Shown here: positions 1 through 10,126 of the stretch, piece after piece
Position numbering within the stretch: the first letter of the stretch is position 1
Layout: every line of letters starts with the position of its first letter
Origin: Geopsychrobacteraceae bacterium
GTDB lineage: Bacteria; Desulfobacterota; Desulfuromonadia; Desulfuromonadales; Geopsychrobacteraceae
Assembly: GCA_963676795.2 (NCBI GenBank)
Contig: CAXXTB010000002.1
Span: 1,664,001-1,728,000, forward strand
DNA length: 64,000 nucleotides
Direction: 5' to 3'
Position numbers and translations under genes: made by a program
The notes under the pieces: generated by a model
Told to the model about the DNA's origin: nothing
The model's database searches: none
The model's input: only the letters and a program-made list of their open reading frames with translations

Positions 1-1940
1 GTTGCAATCTGGCTCAGATATTCAGCTGCCGTTGCTCCGCCGATACCTGCATTTATTTCATATTGACTGAGCAGATCATGAAGCTCACTCAACTCATCGT
101 GAAGCTCAACGTCCTTAAGTGCCGGAGTCAGGTGGTCGATAATCACCCCACGTCCGCGCCGTTTGGCCTGAATCCCCTCGCCGACATCATCAACGATGTA
201 TGGATAGATATTGGGAATATGGCCGGTCATGATCTCCGGCGGATCAGATGAGAGCAAACCCGCTTGCTTTCCGGGTAACCATTCGTAGGTCGCATGAGTG
301 CCAAGATGGATCATTGCGTCGGCAGCGAACTGATGCTGCACCCACAGGTAGGCGGCAATGTACTGATGATGGGGATAAACCGTGGGATCATGGTAGAGCT
401 TCATCGGATCATCGCTCCAGCCACGTGAAGGCTCCGGAAGCAGGACCAGATTCCCTAGACGCACCATGGGAATGACAAAATTGCCATCCTTGACCATGAT
501 ATCGCTCTCTTCCGGCTCTCCCCACTGTTCAAGAACAGGCCTGGTGAAATCCTCAGGAAGAGCATCAAACCAGCGCCGATAAGTGGCTATCGGCAATAAT
601 TCGACTTCATCGCTGGCGAGCATGGCATCCAGTTCACCGGGGGCCCATGAACCGATATTGCGACCGGTACGCATGATCATTTGACGCACCTGTTCTTCAC
701 TGAGTTCAGTATCAGCGGAAATCAGGTAGCCTTCAGATTTCATCCGCTGTGCAATTGCGTCAACGCTGCGGAACACGTTCAGATAACTGGCACCGATATT
801 CTGCTTGCCCTGGCTGTGGTTGTAATAGAGCAGTGCAACTTTTTTGTCTTTATTCGCTTTCCGCTGCAGTTGCGACCAGGCTTTTAAGCGCGCCAGTAGC
901 TGATCGACATTCTCATCAACCAGATCGTAGTAATAGAGTGGTTTATCACTGCCATCGATATATTTTTTGCGCTTGGCACTTAATACTGTCGGTTCGATAG
1001 CGCCTGTCGTTTCAGGGTTGGCAATCGCCCAGGCAACCTCCAGCGGAGCGATTCCAACAGGGCTTGTACGCCACTCCTCCAGCTCTGAGCCATAAAGACG
1101 AACCAGGTTAAAGACCGGGATATCGAGGCTATTGATCGCCTGTTTGACGTTCTCATTCAATGCCGACCACAATTTCAGGGTGAAACTCAGCAACAGGTCC
1201 GCCGGAGCTTGCTCATGACGACGATATAAAAATTTCTGCAAGGTCAGATCAGGACGTCCAAAGCATGGCAGAGGATTGAAACCGGCCTCTTCGAGCCTGG
1301 TGATCAGTGCGTCGGCAGCCTCGACCTGACCGTCACGCAGCGTGGTGATATAAAAGGTCAGAGCAACCCATGGGCGACTTGCGCTATCCGGATAGCGCTG
1401 TGCGTACCAGTCTTTGTATACCTCAACGCTGTCAAACAACTGTTCGCTGGCAGGATGATGAATAGCTGCCTCAGGAAGACTTTTCAGCTGAGGATAAGTG
1501 ACCGAGTTGTCTATCGTTTGATGGATTGCCCGCCTGATCATGCCGGCGGCATTCTGACGCGACAGTTCGCTGAAATATCCGCCAAGCGCTTCGTCAAAGA
1601 CAAAACCCTGCTGTCTGAGACTCTCATCGTCGCGTGAACCGCGTAGAGCGTAGACCGTCTTCGCCTTAACCAGATCATGCTCGAGCAGGTAGGCACTTAA
1701 CTCCGGACTCATGACATCAACGAGAATGACATCAGCTGCAGCAACAAATTCAGCAGCATCAGACTGCTGTTCCAGCTCCTCAAGCGTCAGAGAACGGATC
1801 TGATGCTCTGAGCCGAGATCCAGATCGGCGACCCCTTGATAGGCAACGGTACTGTCGCCGTCAATGACGAGCAAAGCGAGTTTTCCTGCATATACGGGAG
1901 TTGTGATCAGCAAGAGCAAAAGAAGGCACAACAGACGCAT
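1..1940 (-). CDS. cobN: CobN/Mg-chelatase H-family protein with N-terminal signal peptide (BtuS/HmuS-like); 3' end beyond window
   Basis: Not in ORF track. ATG at 1940 overlaps the upstream stop (TGATG). Manual translation gives MRLLCLLLLLLITTPVYA and, in frame, HLGTHATYEWLPGKQAG and YPYIVDDVGEGIQAKRRGRGVIIDHLTP, typical CobN motifs. Confidence 0.85.
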   Translation of the reverse strand, partial: MRLLCLLLLLLITTPVYAGKLALLVIDGDSTVAYQGVADLDLGSEHQIRSLTLEELEQQSDAAEFVAAADVILVDVMSPELSAYLLEHDLVKAKTVYALRGSRDDESLRQQGFVFDEALGGYFSELSRQNAAGMIRRAIHQTIDNSVTYPQLKSLPEAAIHHPASEQLFDSVEVYKDWYAQRYPDSASRPWVALTFYITTLRDGQVEAADALITRLEEAGFNPLPCFGRPDLTLQKFLYRRHEQAPADLLLSFTLKLWSALNENVKQAINSLDIPVFNLVRLYGSELEEWRTSPVGIAPLEVAWAIANPETTGAIEPTVLSAKRKKYIDGSDKPLYYYDLVDENVDQLLARLKAWSQLQRKANKDKKVALLYYNHSQGKQNIGASYLNVFRSVDAIAQRMKSEGYLISADTELSEEQVRQMIMRTGRNIGSWAPGELDAMLASDEVELLPIATYRRWFDALPEDFTRPVLEQWGEPEESDIMVKDGNFVIPMVRLGNLVLLPEPSRGWSDDPMKLYHDPTVYPHHQYIAAYLWVQHQFAADAMIHLGTHATYEWLPGKQAGLLSSDPPEIMTGHIPNIYPYIVDDVGEGIQAKRRGRGVIIDHLTPALKDVELHDELSELHDLLSQYEINAGIGGATAAEYLSQIA

Positions 1941-3946
1941 CAGAGTGACTCCTGAGCAGCGAGACCATTCAACAGGGCATTAAAAGCCAGCTTGATCACT
2001 TGTGGAAGTCCATCGATCGTGTAATCTGCAGACAGGCTGATCGGGTCTTTAGCTGAAATTTCACGGGAAAGCTGCAGACACCAGCTGTCAAAGGCATCGA
2101 GGTCAGTCAGCAGTCCGTTCTCGTATTGATCACTTATTGACAGGGCCGCGGCAACAAACCCCGCATAACGCTCGTTGAGCAACAGTGATTCCAGGTCAGC
2201 GGCCAGTGAATTGAACTGCTGACGGTCTGTAACATTCTGAGGATTAATCAGCCCGCGTACGGAATAGCCCCGATCTTTTAGCCGAGCAAAAATATTTCTT
2301 TTAGCAACGACTCCGTTCTGCTGATAAACGGCTTCCCTGACAGCCTGATACACGGCTTTAGCGATGAGCTCTCCAAGCTTGGTGTGACCACCGGCATTAT
2401 CTATGGCAAAGCCCTCCCCTTCGATGACGATAATGTTGTCGGTCCCTGTTCCGGTAGCCTGATGCAGCTCTGCAGAATAGGTGCTGCGGATATCAAGATC
2501 TTGCATAGCTGCAGTTTTTGCCTCGGTTGCAGAAATTATTGCCCGGGTCATGGCGCGGGGGGATAGACGCATGTTACTGAACAACAGCATATTGATCGTC
2601 CCGGGTTCATAAAATTCGCCAACGTCTTTAGACATGCGCACGGCATTGCTTTTCACACCGGCTGTCACCACAGCGAAAACTTCCATATCGCGGTAGCTGG
2701 TGCGAACAATGGCCAGGTTGTCCATATCTGCGCCGGTAAACAATAGGCTGGAATTTTCTGGTGAGAGATCCAGAGAGCGAAAGAGTTCAGCACGACCGGC
2801 AGCCAGGCCTTTATAGTGCAGCATCCTCCAGGTCGGTGGCGGAGAGTAACTGTTACCGACAACACTGATCCCCTGACGCTGGCCTTCCAATGTTGAGACC
2901 ACTGTCATCGGGTGCTCAAGATCGACTTGCAGCGTTTTATAGACAAAATCGTCGATCCGGCTGTGTACGACACGAGCCTGTTTGATATATGACAGTGGCA
3001 ACTCCAGGACACGCTCGGCGACGATTGCGTCTGCTTCTACAGTATTTTCCTCTTTGGAAAACTCTTCCTGGTAGATATCTGCGGCCAGCCAGTTCACGAA
3101 ATATCCGATATTGGTTCCTGCGCGACAGGTCAGATCACAGGCGTAATGAAAAATATTGCCATCCTGTATTGCAGCAACATCCTGCCAACCATCCCGGGAG
3201 AGGATCGGTTCCAGGGCACGGTTATCATCACCGCAGCCATAGAGAACTTGAGGATCAAACTGCTGCCATTGTTCCAGAGAAACCGGCACTATCGACCCGG
3301 CTTCGGTAAAATCTGGAGTGACCCCTCCCGCGGCACGGATCAATTCATTCTGGAAGGAATCCGCGCCGGGAGTCATAATCTGGTTGCGCCCCATCAGTCG
3401 CATCACCCGTTTACGTTTTTCAACAGGGATACGGGCCACCTTGCGTTTGATCAGATCGAGCTGCTGGCGGTTCAATGCGACAAGCTCTTCTGCCTGTTGT
3501 TGCCGGTCAAAGAGTTCTCCCAACTTGAGCAGACTCTGAAAAGACCTTTCGATGGAATCTGTATCGATCTCGATCAGAATCGTATCGCTGTTCGCAAAAC
3601 GCTCTGTAACGTCCTGTTGAATCTGCGAAAAAAACACCACTTCAGGATGTAAAGCAGCGACCCGGTCAAGATCAGGGGCAAAGAAACCACCAATACGTTC
3701 TTTTCCTGCGACCTCACGCGGATAATTACTGTGATAAGTCACCGCGAGCAAAGATTCACTCACCCCGAGTCGCAGCAACATTTCAGTGACAGTCGGGACG
3801 AGTGATACAACCCGCTGCGGGCTGCGTTTAAATGTCACTTCATGACCGAAGGCATCGGTCCACACAGACTCAGCGTAAAGGTTGCCCGAAAACAGCAGAA
3901 ACATAAGCAGCAGCCCCCCGAATATATTCACCTTCAAACGACGCAT
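1940..3946 (-). CDS. cbiZ: Fusion of BtuF-like periplasmic binding domain and CbiZ adenosylcobinamide amidohydrolase
   Basis: Signal peptide, PQRVVSLVPTVTEML binding-protein motif; C-terminal GTINML, TEAKTAA, ATGTGTDNII and GGHTKLGELI CbiZ motifs. Start moved to 3946 (GGAGG upstream). Confidence 0.85.
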   Translation of the reverse strand: MRRLKVNIFGGLLLMFLLFSGNLYAESVWTDAFGHEVTFKRSPQRVVSLVPTVTEMLLRLGVSESLLAVTYHSNYPREVAGKERIGGFFAPDLDRVAALHPEVVFFSQIQQDVTERFANSDTILIEIDTDSIERSFQSLLKLGELFDRQQQAEELVALNRQQLDLIKRKVARIPVEKRKRVMRLMGRNQIMTPGADSFQNELIRAAGGVTPDFTEAGSIVPVSLEQWQQFDPQVLYGCGDDNRALEPILSRDGWQDVAAIQDGNIFHYACDLTCRAGTNIGYFVNWLAADIYQEEFSKEENTVEADAIVAERVLELPLSYIKQARVVHSRIDDFVYKTLQVDLEHPMTVVSTLEGQRQGISVVGNSYSPPPTWRMLHYKGLAAGRAELFRSLDLSPENSSLLFTGADMDNLAIVRTSYRDMEVFAVVTAGVKSNAVRMSKDVGEFYEPGTINMLLFSNMRLSPRAMTRAIISATEAKTAAMQDLDIRSTYSAELHQATGTGTDNIIVIEGEGFAIDNAGGHTKLGELIAKAVYQAVREAVYQQNGVVAKRNIFARLKDRGYSVRGLINPQNVTDRQQFNSLAADLESLLLNERYAGFVAAALSISDQYENGLLTDLDAFDSWCLQLSREISAKDPISLSADYTIDGLPQVIKLAFNALLNGLAAQESL

Positions 3947-3998
3947 AACCCTACCCTCCATTAAATAAAGCTCGGCAAACCAACGGTTCAAATGGCTA

Positions 3999-5312
3999 TC
4001 AAATATTTTTCAATGCCTGCAGCGCAGACTTCTTGGTACCTTCATATTTCGCAGCATGGACAAAATCGACCTTGCTGTTTTTAAAATCGTCCAGCTGCCA
4101 GGCGGAGTAACCAGCCATCAACCAGGCACGTCCTGCAAACCGTCCTTCTCTTTCGGCTACGCGTCTGAAGACAATTGCGGCTTGATCATATTTTTCCAGA
4201 GAGTAGAGCAGCTCGGCCTTGAGCATCAGCATGTCTTCGTCATCGGGTTCCAGGTTAAATTCTTCAAGTCGCTGCAGCGCGACATCATTCTTTCCCAGTT
4301 GCTGATAGGCGATTATCAACCTCCTCAGCACAGCCTTGTCTTCAACGTCTCTAAGACAGTTTTCATAAACCGGCACTGCCCTGCACGGAATCCCGGCTTG
4401 TAACCTAAGGTCTGCCAATAGCTTTTTTTCTTCGAGTGTCAGTGGGGTTAGAAAAGCATAAATAGTCAGTGCTGTCAGAGCATCATCCTGACGCCCTCGC
4501 TCCAGCTGAACATGGGTCAGGGCTTTCCACCATTTGGCCAGCGTCGGTGCCTGTTCTGTTAATCTGCGGGCAAAGGACAACGCATCGTCATTCATTCCGA
4601 GCTGAAGATACTGATAGAGCAGAATTTCCTGCCACTGGATCTGCTTACTGCCGGTATATGTTTGAGCCAGTTCGCGTATATATGGCAACGCGCGCTGAGA
4701 CTTGCCAATTGCCAGCAGTGAACTGACCAAGTACTCCTGCCACTGTGGGACGATGGCGTCCGGATGTTTCAAAAACAGCTGATCAAATACCTCTATCGAT
4801 TGCTGATAGTTCTCTGCCATTAAATAGGACACTGCGCTGTAATAGAGGTGGTCAGGTTTTTTATCACTGGCCAGCGCATAAGCCTGACCAAAACAGCGGC
4901 CAGCCTCGGCATACTGCTTCAGCTCATAATTGGCCCTGGCAAGATTGAGCCATGCCTCGGCATGGTCAGTAACACGCTGAATCACCCGTTGATAGGCTTC
5001 TGCCGCCAACCCGTAATTTTTCTGCAGCAGGTAACAGTTACCCAGCACATTGAAAATTTCCGGGTGTGAATAGCCTTTTGACTCTGCCTCAGCCTGAGCC
5101 ATCGCTTCGCCTTTTTGCTGAAAGGCCGTCAGGGTATCTACTGCCGCCGCAAATTCTTTATTTTTCAGCAGCGCATTGGCCTGTACCAGCACCGTCCGGA
5201 CACGTAACGGCAGATTCAGTTCCGACAGGGCGAATCCGGGGCTTGAGATCAGCACCAGAACAACAATGACAACAGCCCGATAACTAAGCATTTTTCGCAG
5301 CAACAACATCAC
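3999..5312 (-). CDS. Exported TPR protein of the TonB system
   Basis: Signal-like N-terminus, repeated TPR helices (LGNCYLLQKNYGLAAEAYQR, AWLNLARANYELKQY); follows tonB. Confidence 0.8.
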   Translation of the reverse strand: MMLLLRKMLSYRAVVIVVLVLISSPGFALSELNLPLRVRTVLVQANALLKNKEFAAAVDTLTAFQQKGEAMAQAEAESKGYSHPEIFNVLGNCYLLQKNYGLAAEAYQRVIQRVTDHAEAWLNLARANYELKQYAEAGRCFGQAYALASDKKPDHLYYSAVSYLMAENYQQSIEVFDQLFLKHPDAIVPQWQEYLVSSLLAIGKSQRALPYIRELAQTYTGSKQIQWQEILLYQYLQLGMNDDALSFARRLTEQAPTLAKWWKALTHVQLERGRQDDALTALTIYAFLTPLTLEEKKLLADLRLQAGIPCRAVPVYENCLRDVEDKAVLRRLIIAYQQLGKNDVALQRLEEFNLEPDDEDMLMLKAELLYSLEKYDQAAIVFRRVAEREGRFAGRAWLMAGYSAWQLDDFKNSKVDFVHAAKYEGTKKSALQALKNI

Positions 5313-5313
5313 C

Positions 5314-6063
5314 TCACTCCAGCGTAAACCTTACAGTCGTCTCAACCTTCGAACGCACGGGCACACCTTCGACCGTACCTGGTTGAAACTGCCAGGCAAG
5401 CACACAGCGACGCACGCTCTCATCAAAAATTCCGGGAGGTTCGGCCGCCAGAACCTCAACATTGTCAACATGCCCGGACTTATCGACGATCAACTGAACC
5501 CTGACCCAGCCTTCAATTCCCCGGCGTCGGGCAATGAGCGGATAATCAGGAGGAATACGAACCCGCTCGGAAATCGGTGCATCCAGCTGGCTGGAGTCGA
5601 ATATATCCGGCAGGTCGAGGTCAGAAATCAGCGGCAATTCTTCGATGTCTGGCATAGGCAGAGAATCTGGTGTTGCCGGCAGTCGCGGATTAATTTCGAA
5701 AGGCAGAGACAATCTCGCTTTTACCGGCTGCCTCGGAGTTGCTTGCGGCTTTTCAACCGGTTTGGCTTTTTGTTCAGGTTCCACGACCTTTCGCTCTATC
5801 TTCGTATTTGGCTGTGTTACCGGAACCACGGCAACCTGTGGAATCAAAGCTTCCAGATCGGTTCGCGCGGGGGCCGGAACCATCAGATGCGGCATAATCA
5901 TAAACAGCAACAGGTTCAGGCTGACGGCAATAAGACCGGCCCAAAACCATGTCCACCAGCTGCGCCGCATGAATGCGTTGAAGTAGCTTGCGGAATGCCC
6001 TGACTCCCCGCGTTGGTGGTAATATCCCATCATTTTTTCACCTTCTGGACGTCCCTCGGCCAC
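5314..6063 (-). CDS. tonB: Energy transducer TonB
   Basis: One TM helix, Pro-rich linker, C-terminal YPLIARRRGIEGWVRV...WQFQPG. Start may be 6033. Confidence 0.9.
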   Translation of the reverse strand: MAEGRPEGEKMMGYYHQRGESGHSASYFNAFMRRSWWTWFWAGLIAVSLNLLLFMIMPHLMVPAPARTDLEALIPQVAVVPVTQPNTKIERKVVEPEQKAKPVEKPQATPRQPVKARLSLPFEINPRLPATPDSLPMPDIEELPLISDLDLPDIFDSSQLDAPISERVRIPPDYPLIARRRGIEGWVRVQLIVDKSGHVDNVEVLAAEPPGIFDESVRRCVLAWQFQPGTVEGVPVRSKVETTVRFTLE

Positions 6064-6065
6064 TG

Positions 6066-6488
6066 CTACTGTCCTCCGTTAGGGAGACTGGCCGCGAGAG
6101 CGACGTTGGTCGCTCCCGCCATACGGCAGCCGTCCATGACCTGAACGGCAATACCGGTGTTACTGGCCTTATCGGCGACAACAACGACAGCCCCTTCCGG
6201 ATTCTCCGCCAGGGCACGTTCTACGTTTGCGCGGACAACACGGATGTCTATCTCTCTGCGATCCATGAAAATTCGGTTATTCTGATCCACCGCGATCATG
6301 ATCGTTGCATTCGCTTTTGGCGCCGCAGTTGAGGCTGCAGGCCGATTGACGTCTATGCCGCTTTCTTTGACGAAGCTGGTATTCACCAGAAAAAAGATCA
6401 GCAGGATAAACACCATATCTATAAGCGGCGCTATGTTCAGTTCCGTGGCAGTGCGGTTTTTTCGTCTTGAAGCGCTGATATTCAGCAT
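6066..6488 (-). CDS. exbD: ExbD/TolR
   Basis: LNIAPLIDMVFILLIFFLV motif. Confidence 0.92.
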   Translation of the reverse strand: MLNISASRRKNRTATELNIAPLIDMVFILLIFFLVNTSFVKESGIDVNRPAASTAAPKANATIMIAVDQNNRIFMDRREIDIRVVRANVERALAENPEGAVVVVADKASNTGIAVQVMDGCRMAGATNVALAASLPNGGQ

Positions 6489-6517
6489 CGTCTCGTTTCC
6501 TTTTCAACTCAACAGGA

Positions 6518-7129
6518 TCAAAGTTGTCGCCTCAGGTAGAATCCGGCATGAGCAACACGCTGCTTAAGGCTACGTGCCCGGCGATCGAGAAAACCCTTCA
6601 TCCACAATCCGGGGATCGCGACGAACAAACCGGTCTGGGTACTGATCAGGGCTTCAGAAATACCACTGGACATACCGCGTGTATTACCGGTACCGAAGAC
6701 CGCAAGAACGTCAAAAGTACCGATCATGCCGATAACTGTCCCCAACAGGCCGAGCAGAGGAGCGACTGCGGCCAGAACACCGATGATGGCAAGTTGGGAA
6801 TCCAGAGAACGGTTGAGACTGACAACGGTTTCATCCAGAATAAATTTATCGAGTTGAGACTGCCCGCTACGGCGTTGCTGAAAGCGTGCGACCAACAGCG
6901 ATATGACACCACGATATCTGGAAGGATCAGGCATATGTGTTCCCCGAATATGCTCCAGCGCGGTTCCCAGATCCATATTTCTGCGATAAAGCGTTTTATA
7001 AAACAGCATCCGGTCAACAATCAGTCCCCACATCACCAGACTGACCAGGGCCAGCGGGACCATAACCACCCCTCCGGAATAGAAAAAGGCTTCCATGCGC
7101 AGATATTGGGTGACCAGGGCATCGATCAC
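6518..7129 (-). CDS. exbB: MotA/TolQ/ExbB proton channel
   Basis: APLLGLLGTVIGMI...GISEALISTQTGL. Confidence 0.9.
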   Translation of the reverse strand: MIDALVTQYLRMEAFFYSGGVVMVPLALVSLVMWGLIVDRMLFYKTLYRRNMDLGTALEHIRGTHMPDPSRYRGVISLLVARFQQRRSGQSQLDKFILDETVVSLNRSLDSQLAIIGVLAAVAPLLGLLGTVIGMIGTFDVLAVFGTGNTRGMSSGISEALISTQTGLFVAIPGLWMKGFLDRRARSLKQRVAHAGFYLRRQL

Positions 7130-8562
7130 GAAGCCCTCCGGTATTTGTGAACGATATTGACCGTGGCAACAGCCTTTTCTTCCATTTCACTGATGCGGTT
7201 ATCGACCGTGCGATTAAGCAGGGTCTGGGCCAACATCAGTGGGATGGCAACAGCAAGACCAAGCATCGTCGTGACCAGAGCCTCTGAAATACCGCCGGAC
7301 ATCAGGCGCGGATCTCCTGTTCCGTGGAGGGTGATAACGTGAAAGGTGTTGATCATCCCGGTAACAGTCCCCAGCAGACCGAGTAATGGTGCGATGGCCG
7401 CGAGCATACCCAGGGCAGACAAGAATCGCTCCATGGGCGGAATTTCCCTGAGAATCCCTTCTTGCAGTGCATTTTCCATCTCTTCACGCTGCAAATCACA
7501 GCATTGCAATCCGGTCTTCAACACTCTGCTCACCGGAACATGAGGATGCTCTTCACAGATTTTGATGCAGGAGGACCAATCATTGTCAGCTCCAAACGTC
7601 TCAATTTTTTGCATCAGTCCGTCAGCATTGAAACGCTGACGGATCAGGAAAAATATTCTTTCCAGAACAATGAGCACCCCGATGCCAAGAATGAGCAGAA
7701 TTGGCCAGACAATCGGCCCTCCATCCGGTATTTGTTCCCAAAGACTTAATTCATGCGTCAATTGCCGCAAAGCCCCGCCCCGGGATATGTCTACAGGTAC
7801 GGCATCATTCTGGCCGTTCATATAGCTGGCGATCTGCTTTTGAAGTCTGGATGACGGCAGGCGGGAAAGTGCATACAACCTGTTTCCTGCTGAGGAATAG
7901 TTGCAAAAACCGGTTTCCTGATCGAAATGGTATGTTGCTGTAAACGGTCCGATTGTCAGGATATCGGCCTCCACTTCCCTGCCACTGCGATCGGTCACAT
8001 GTCCGCGGCCAAGTGATACCTCACCTGTCGTTTTGATCTGATCAAGCCAGGCGCTGGCGATGGACTGAATATCGGTCATACCGGGAAATGTTGAATCAAC
8101 TGCAATCGGCTCCAGAAATGAGTCAGCACGCCCATTAACCGCCCCCTGTAAATTTTGGGCGATCAAAGAATCGAGATCTTTGGCATTAACACGGATGACT
8201 CCAACCAATTCGTTGACCATACTGTCAGTTTTAGCCAGTTTTTCAGTCAGCGCCGACTCTTTACGCTCCAGCTGTTGATGCTGGTGGTTGAAATCAGCGA
8301 TCTGCTTATCCAGCTTAGCAACAGCTGTTTCCAGATCAGAGATGGCCTTTTTCAATGCCGTGCGATCTGTCAGGATTTGCTGTTGGCTTTCATTTGCTGC
8401 GCGCTCGGCAGCCTCCTTTTCAGCGATGGCCTGCTGAATCAGCTCCTCTTTGGCAAGTCTCGCTTCAAGCTGGACTTCACGCATGTCTTCTGCGTGCAGA
8501 GGAAGAGCAACAAGACTGAGAAACAACAGGATAAATAGCGACTTAAAGACAGGAGTATTCAT
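7126..8562 (-). CDS. Long ExbB-family protein with periplasmic coiled coil (TtpC-like)
   Basis: Signal peptide, coiled coil, C-terminal APLLGLLGTVTGMI...GISEALVTT. Confidence 0.88.
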   Translation of the reverse strand: MNTPVFKSLFILLFLSLVALPLHAEDMREVQLEARLAKEELIQQAIAEKEAAERAANESQQQILTDRTALKKAISDLETAVAKLDKQIADFNHQHQQLERKESALTEKLAKTDSMVNELVGVIRVNAKDLDSLIAQNLQGAVNGRADSFLEPIAVDSTFPGMTDIQSIASAWLDQIKTTGEVSLGRGHVTDRSGREVEADILTIGPFTATYHFDQETGFCNYSSAGNRLYALSRLPSSRLQKQIASYMNGQNDAVPVDISRGGALRQLTHELSLWEQIPDGGPIVWPILLILGIGVLIVLERIFFLIRQRFNADGLMQKIETFGADNDWSSCIKICEEHPHVPVSRVLKTGLQCCDLQREEMENALQEGILREIPPMERFLSALGMLAAIAPLLGLLGTVTGMINTFHVITLHGTGDPRLMSGGISEALVTTMLGLAVAIPLMLAQTLLNRTVDNRISEMEEKAVATVNIVHKYRRAS

Positions 8563-9350
8563 CGGACCACCAGCCTTCCCAACGGCAGGGATAAAAGTTC
8601 GACCGGACGCCGTTTGGCAGCAATTTCGATCGCCGTCTGCAAGGCCTGATTATAGGTCGAGGGTAATGTCTGCCACGCCATTTCGGCCGTGTTGAAAAAT
8701 CCAGCATATCGCCCATCCAGGCTCAGACAGAAAAGGCCAAGGCGTCCGAGGCGGAAAAGGTCAACCAGCAATGTCTGCTGATTCAGGGTTACCGTCTCTT
8801 GATAGGTTTCGATGCTGAAGCCATACTCGGCTTCAATCTGCAGGGCCTCCATCACCTTGCGATATTTTTCACTGACAGCCACTGCGGAATCATTCACCAG
8901 CTCGACCAGCCGCTCTATCCGTTGACTCCGTTCAGTCGTCAGAAACGGCAGATCATTATCGACAAGCTCTTTGATTTCAATGACCAGTCCCTTGAGAAAA
9001 GGATCGATCTGCTCGCTAATCTGTTCGATATCAGCTAACTGCTTTTCCTTGGCAACAACTCTCAAGCGGGCAGACTCAAGCTGATGTTTTAATTGTTCGA
9101 CGTCCTCCTGCTTGCCAGAACTCTCCTGCTGCAGACTTTCGTACCTGGAGATGAGCTTGTCCCTTTCCTGTCGCCACTCCTCCTCCTGTTTCTGCGTATT
9201 CTTCTGTGTTTTGATCGACTGCCGTACGGGGTCCTCTATCTTACGGCTGCTGTCTGCAACTGCAGATACAGCCCAACCCGGTAACGCCATAAAAAGAAGG
9301 GTCATAATTAGTAATCGATTTTTCCAAGTGGCTTTGGCATTCATGCTCAT
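8559..9350 (-). CDS. DUF3450-like periplasmic coiled-coil protein of TonB2-type systems
   Basis: Signal peptide; DLPFLxxER and EKYRKVMEALQIEAEYG motifs; first gene of the operon. Confidence 0.75.
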   Translation of the reverse strand: MSMNAKATWKNRLLIMTLLFMALPGWAVSAVADSSRKIEDPVRQSIKTQKNTQKQEEEWRQERDKLISRYESLQQESSGKQEDVEQLKHQLESARLRVVAKEKQLADIEQISEQIDPFLKGLVIEIKELVDNDLPFLTTERSQRIERLVELVNDSAVAVSEKYRKVMEALQIEAEYGFSIETYQETVTLNQQTLLVDLFRLGRLGLFCLSLDGRYAGFFNTAEMAWQTLPSTYNQALQTAIEIAAKRRPVELLSLPLGRLVVR

Positions 9351-9372
9351 TCCTAACTCGTTTCAGCATCAC

Positions 9373-9407
9373 AAAAAATCCCCAGATCGCAATAGCGACC
9401 TGGGGAT
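9373..9407 (-). terminator. Intrinsic terminator in expression platform of downstream riboswitch
   Basis: Minus strand ATCCCCAGGTCGC-TATT-GCGATCTGGGGAT followed by T run. Confidence 0.8.
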
Positions 9408-9461
9408 GCCCTGTTATCCTCAAGTGATTAATGCCGGACCTTTGCCGAAGGTACGGTCAAT

Positions 9462-9624
9462 GTTTCAGGCAGGTCTTCTGACTTCCGGATCAATCTAGTC
9501 ACCGCACCTTCCCGTTCAATCTGAACAGTGGTTTATATCGCGGTTTTCGTCCCCGGTTACAGCGGCGGGCCCGTCCCCGATTTACACGGGGTTCCCTATC
9601 AAGCTCGTATGAGCACCTGAAACC
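9462..9624 (-). ncRNA. Cobalamin riboswitch, full-length (copy 2)
   Basis: Minus strand AGGGAA...GCCCGCCGCTGTA...CCACTG...GGGAAGG...AGTCAGAAGACCTGCC (B12 box). Confidence 0.93.
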
Positions 9625-9672
9625 AATATTTAGTTATATAGTTGTGTCTTGTGCTATTCTGTCTGCAGTCAG

Positions 9673-9710
9673 AAAAAAAAATCCCCAGATCGCAATAACG
9701 ACCTGGGGAT
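9673..9710 (-). terminator. Intrinsic terminator of upstream riboswitch
   Basis: Near-identical hairpin to 9373-9407 followed by a longer T run. Confidence 0.8.
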
Positions 9711-9773
9711 TCCCTGTTTATCCTCAAGTGACTTAAATACCGTACTCATTGCCAGAAGTCCGGTAACAATATT

Positions 9774-9934
9774 GATTCAGGCAGGTCTTCTGACTTCCGG
9801 ATCAGCCTAATCACCGCACCTTCCCGTTCTAACGAACAGTGGTTTTTTTGCGGTTTTCGTCCCCGGTTACAGCGGCGGGCCCGTCCCCGATTTGCACAGG
9901 GTTCCCTTTTAAGCTCAAATGAGCACCAGAATCG
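9774..9934 (-). ncRNA. Cobalamin riboswitch, full-length (copy 1)
   Basis: Same conserved elements as 9462-9624; near-duplicate sequence. Confidence 0.93.
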
Positions 9935-10032
9935 TTTGATAGTTTTATATATTTCTCAAATACCCCTTATTGGCCTGACATCTCTGGCAAATTTATACTC
10001 GTAATCCTATGAATGACCTAAAAAGTATGCGC

Positions 10033-10061
10033 AAGATATATCACTCTTATATAAGAGTCAA
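10033..10061 (-). promoter_or_regulatory. Sigma70-like promoter containing palindromic operator
   Basis: Minus strand TTGACT-17bp-TATCTT; perfect palindrome ACTCTTATATAAGAGT at 10043-10058. Confidence 0.7.
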
Positions 10062-10126
10062 TAGTCATTTTTTATTTTCACATATATTGTGAGATATTGT
10101 GGGTTTTATCGACTGATCGTGTCCTG

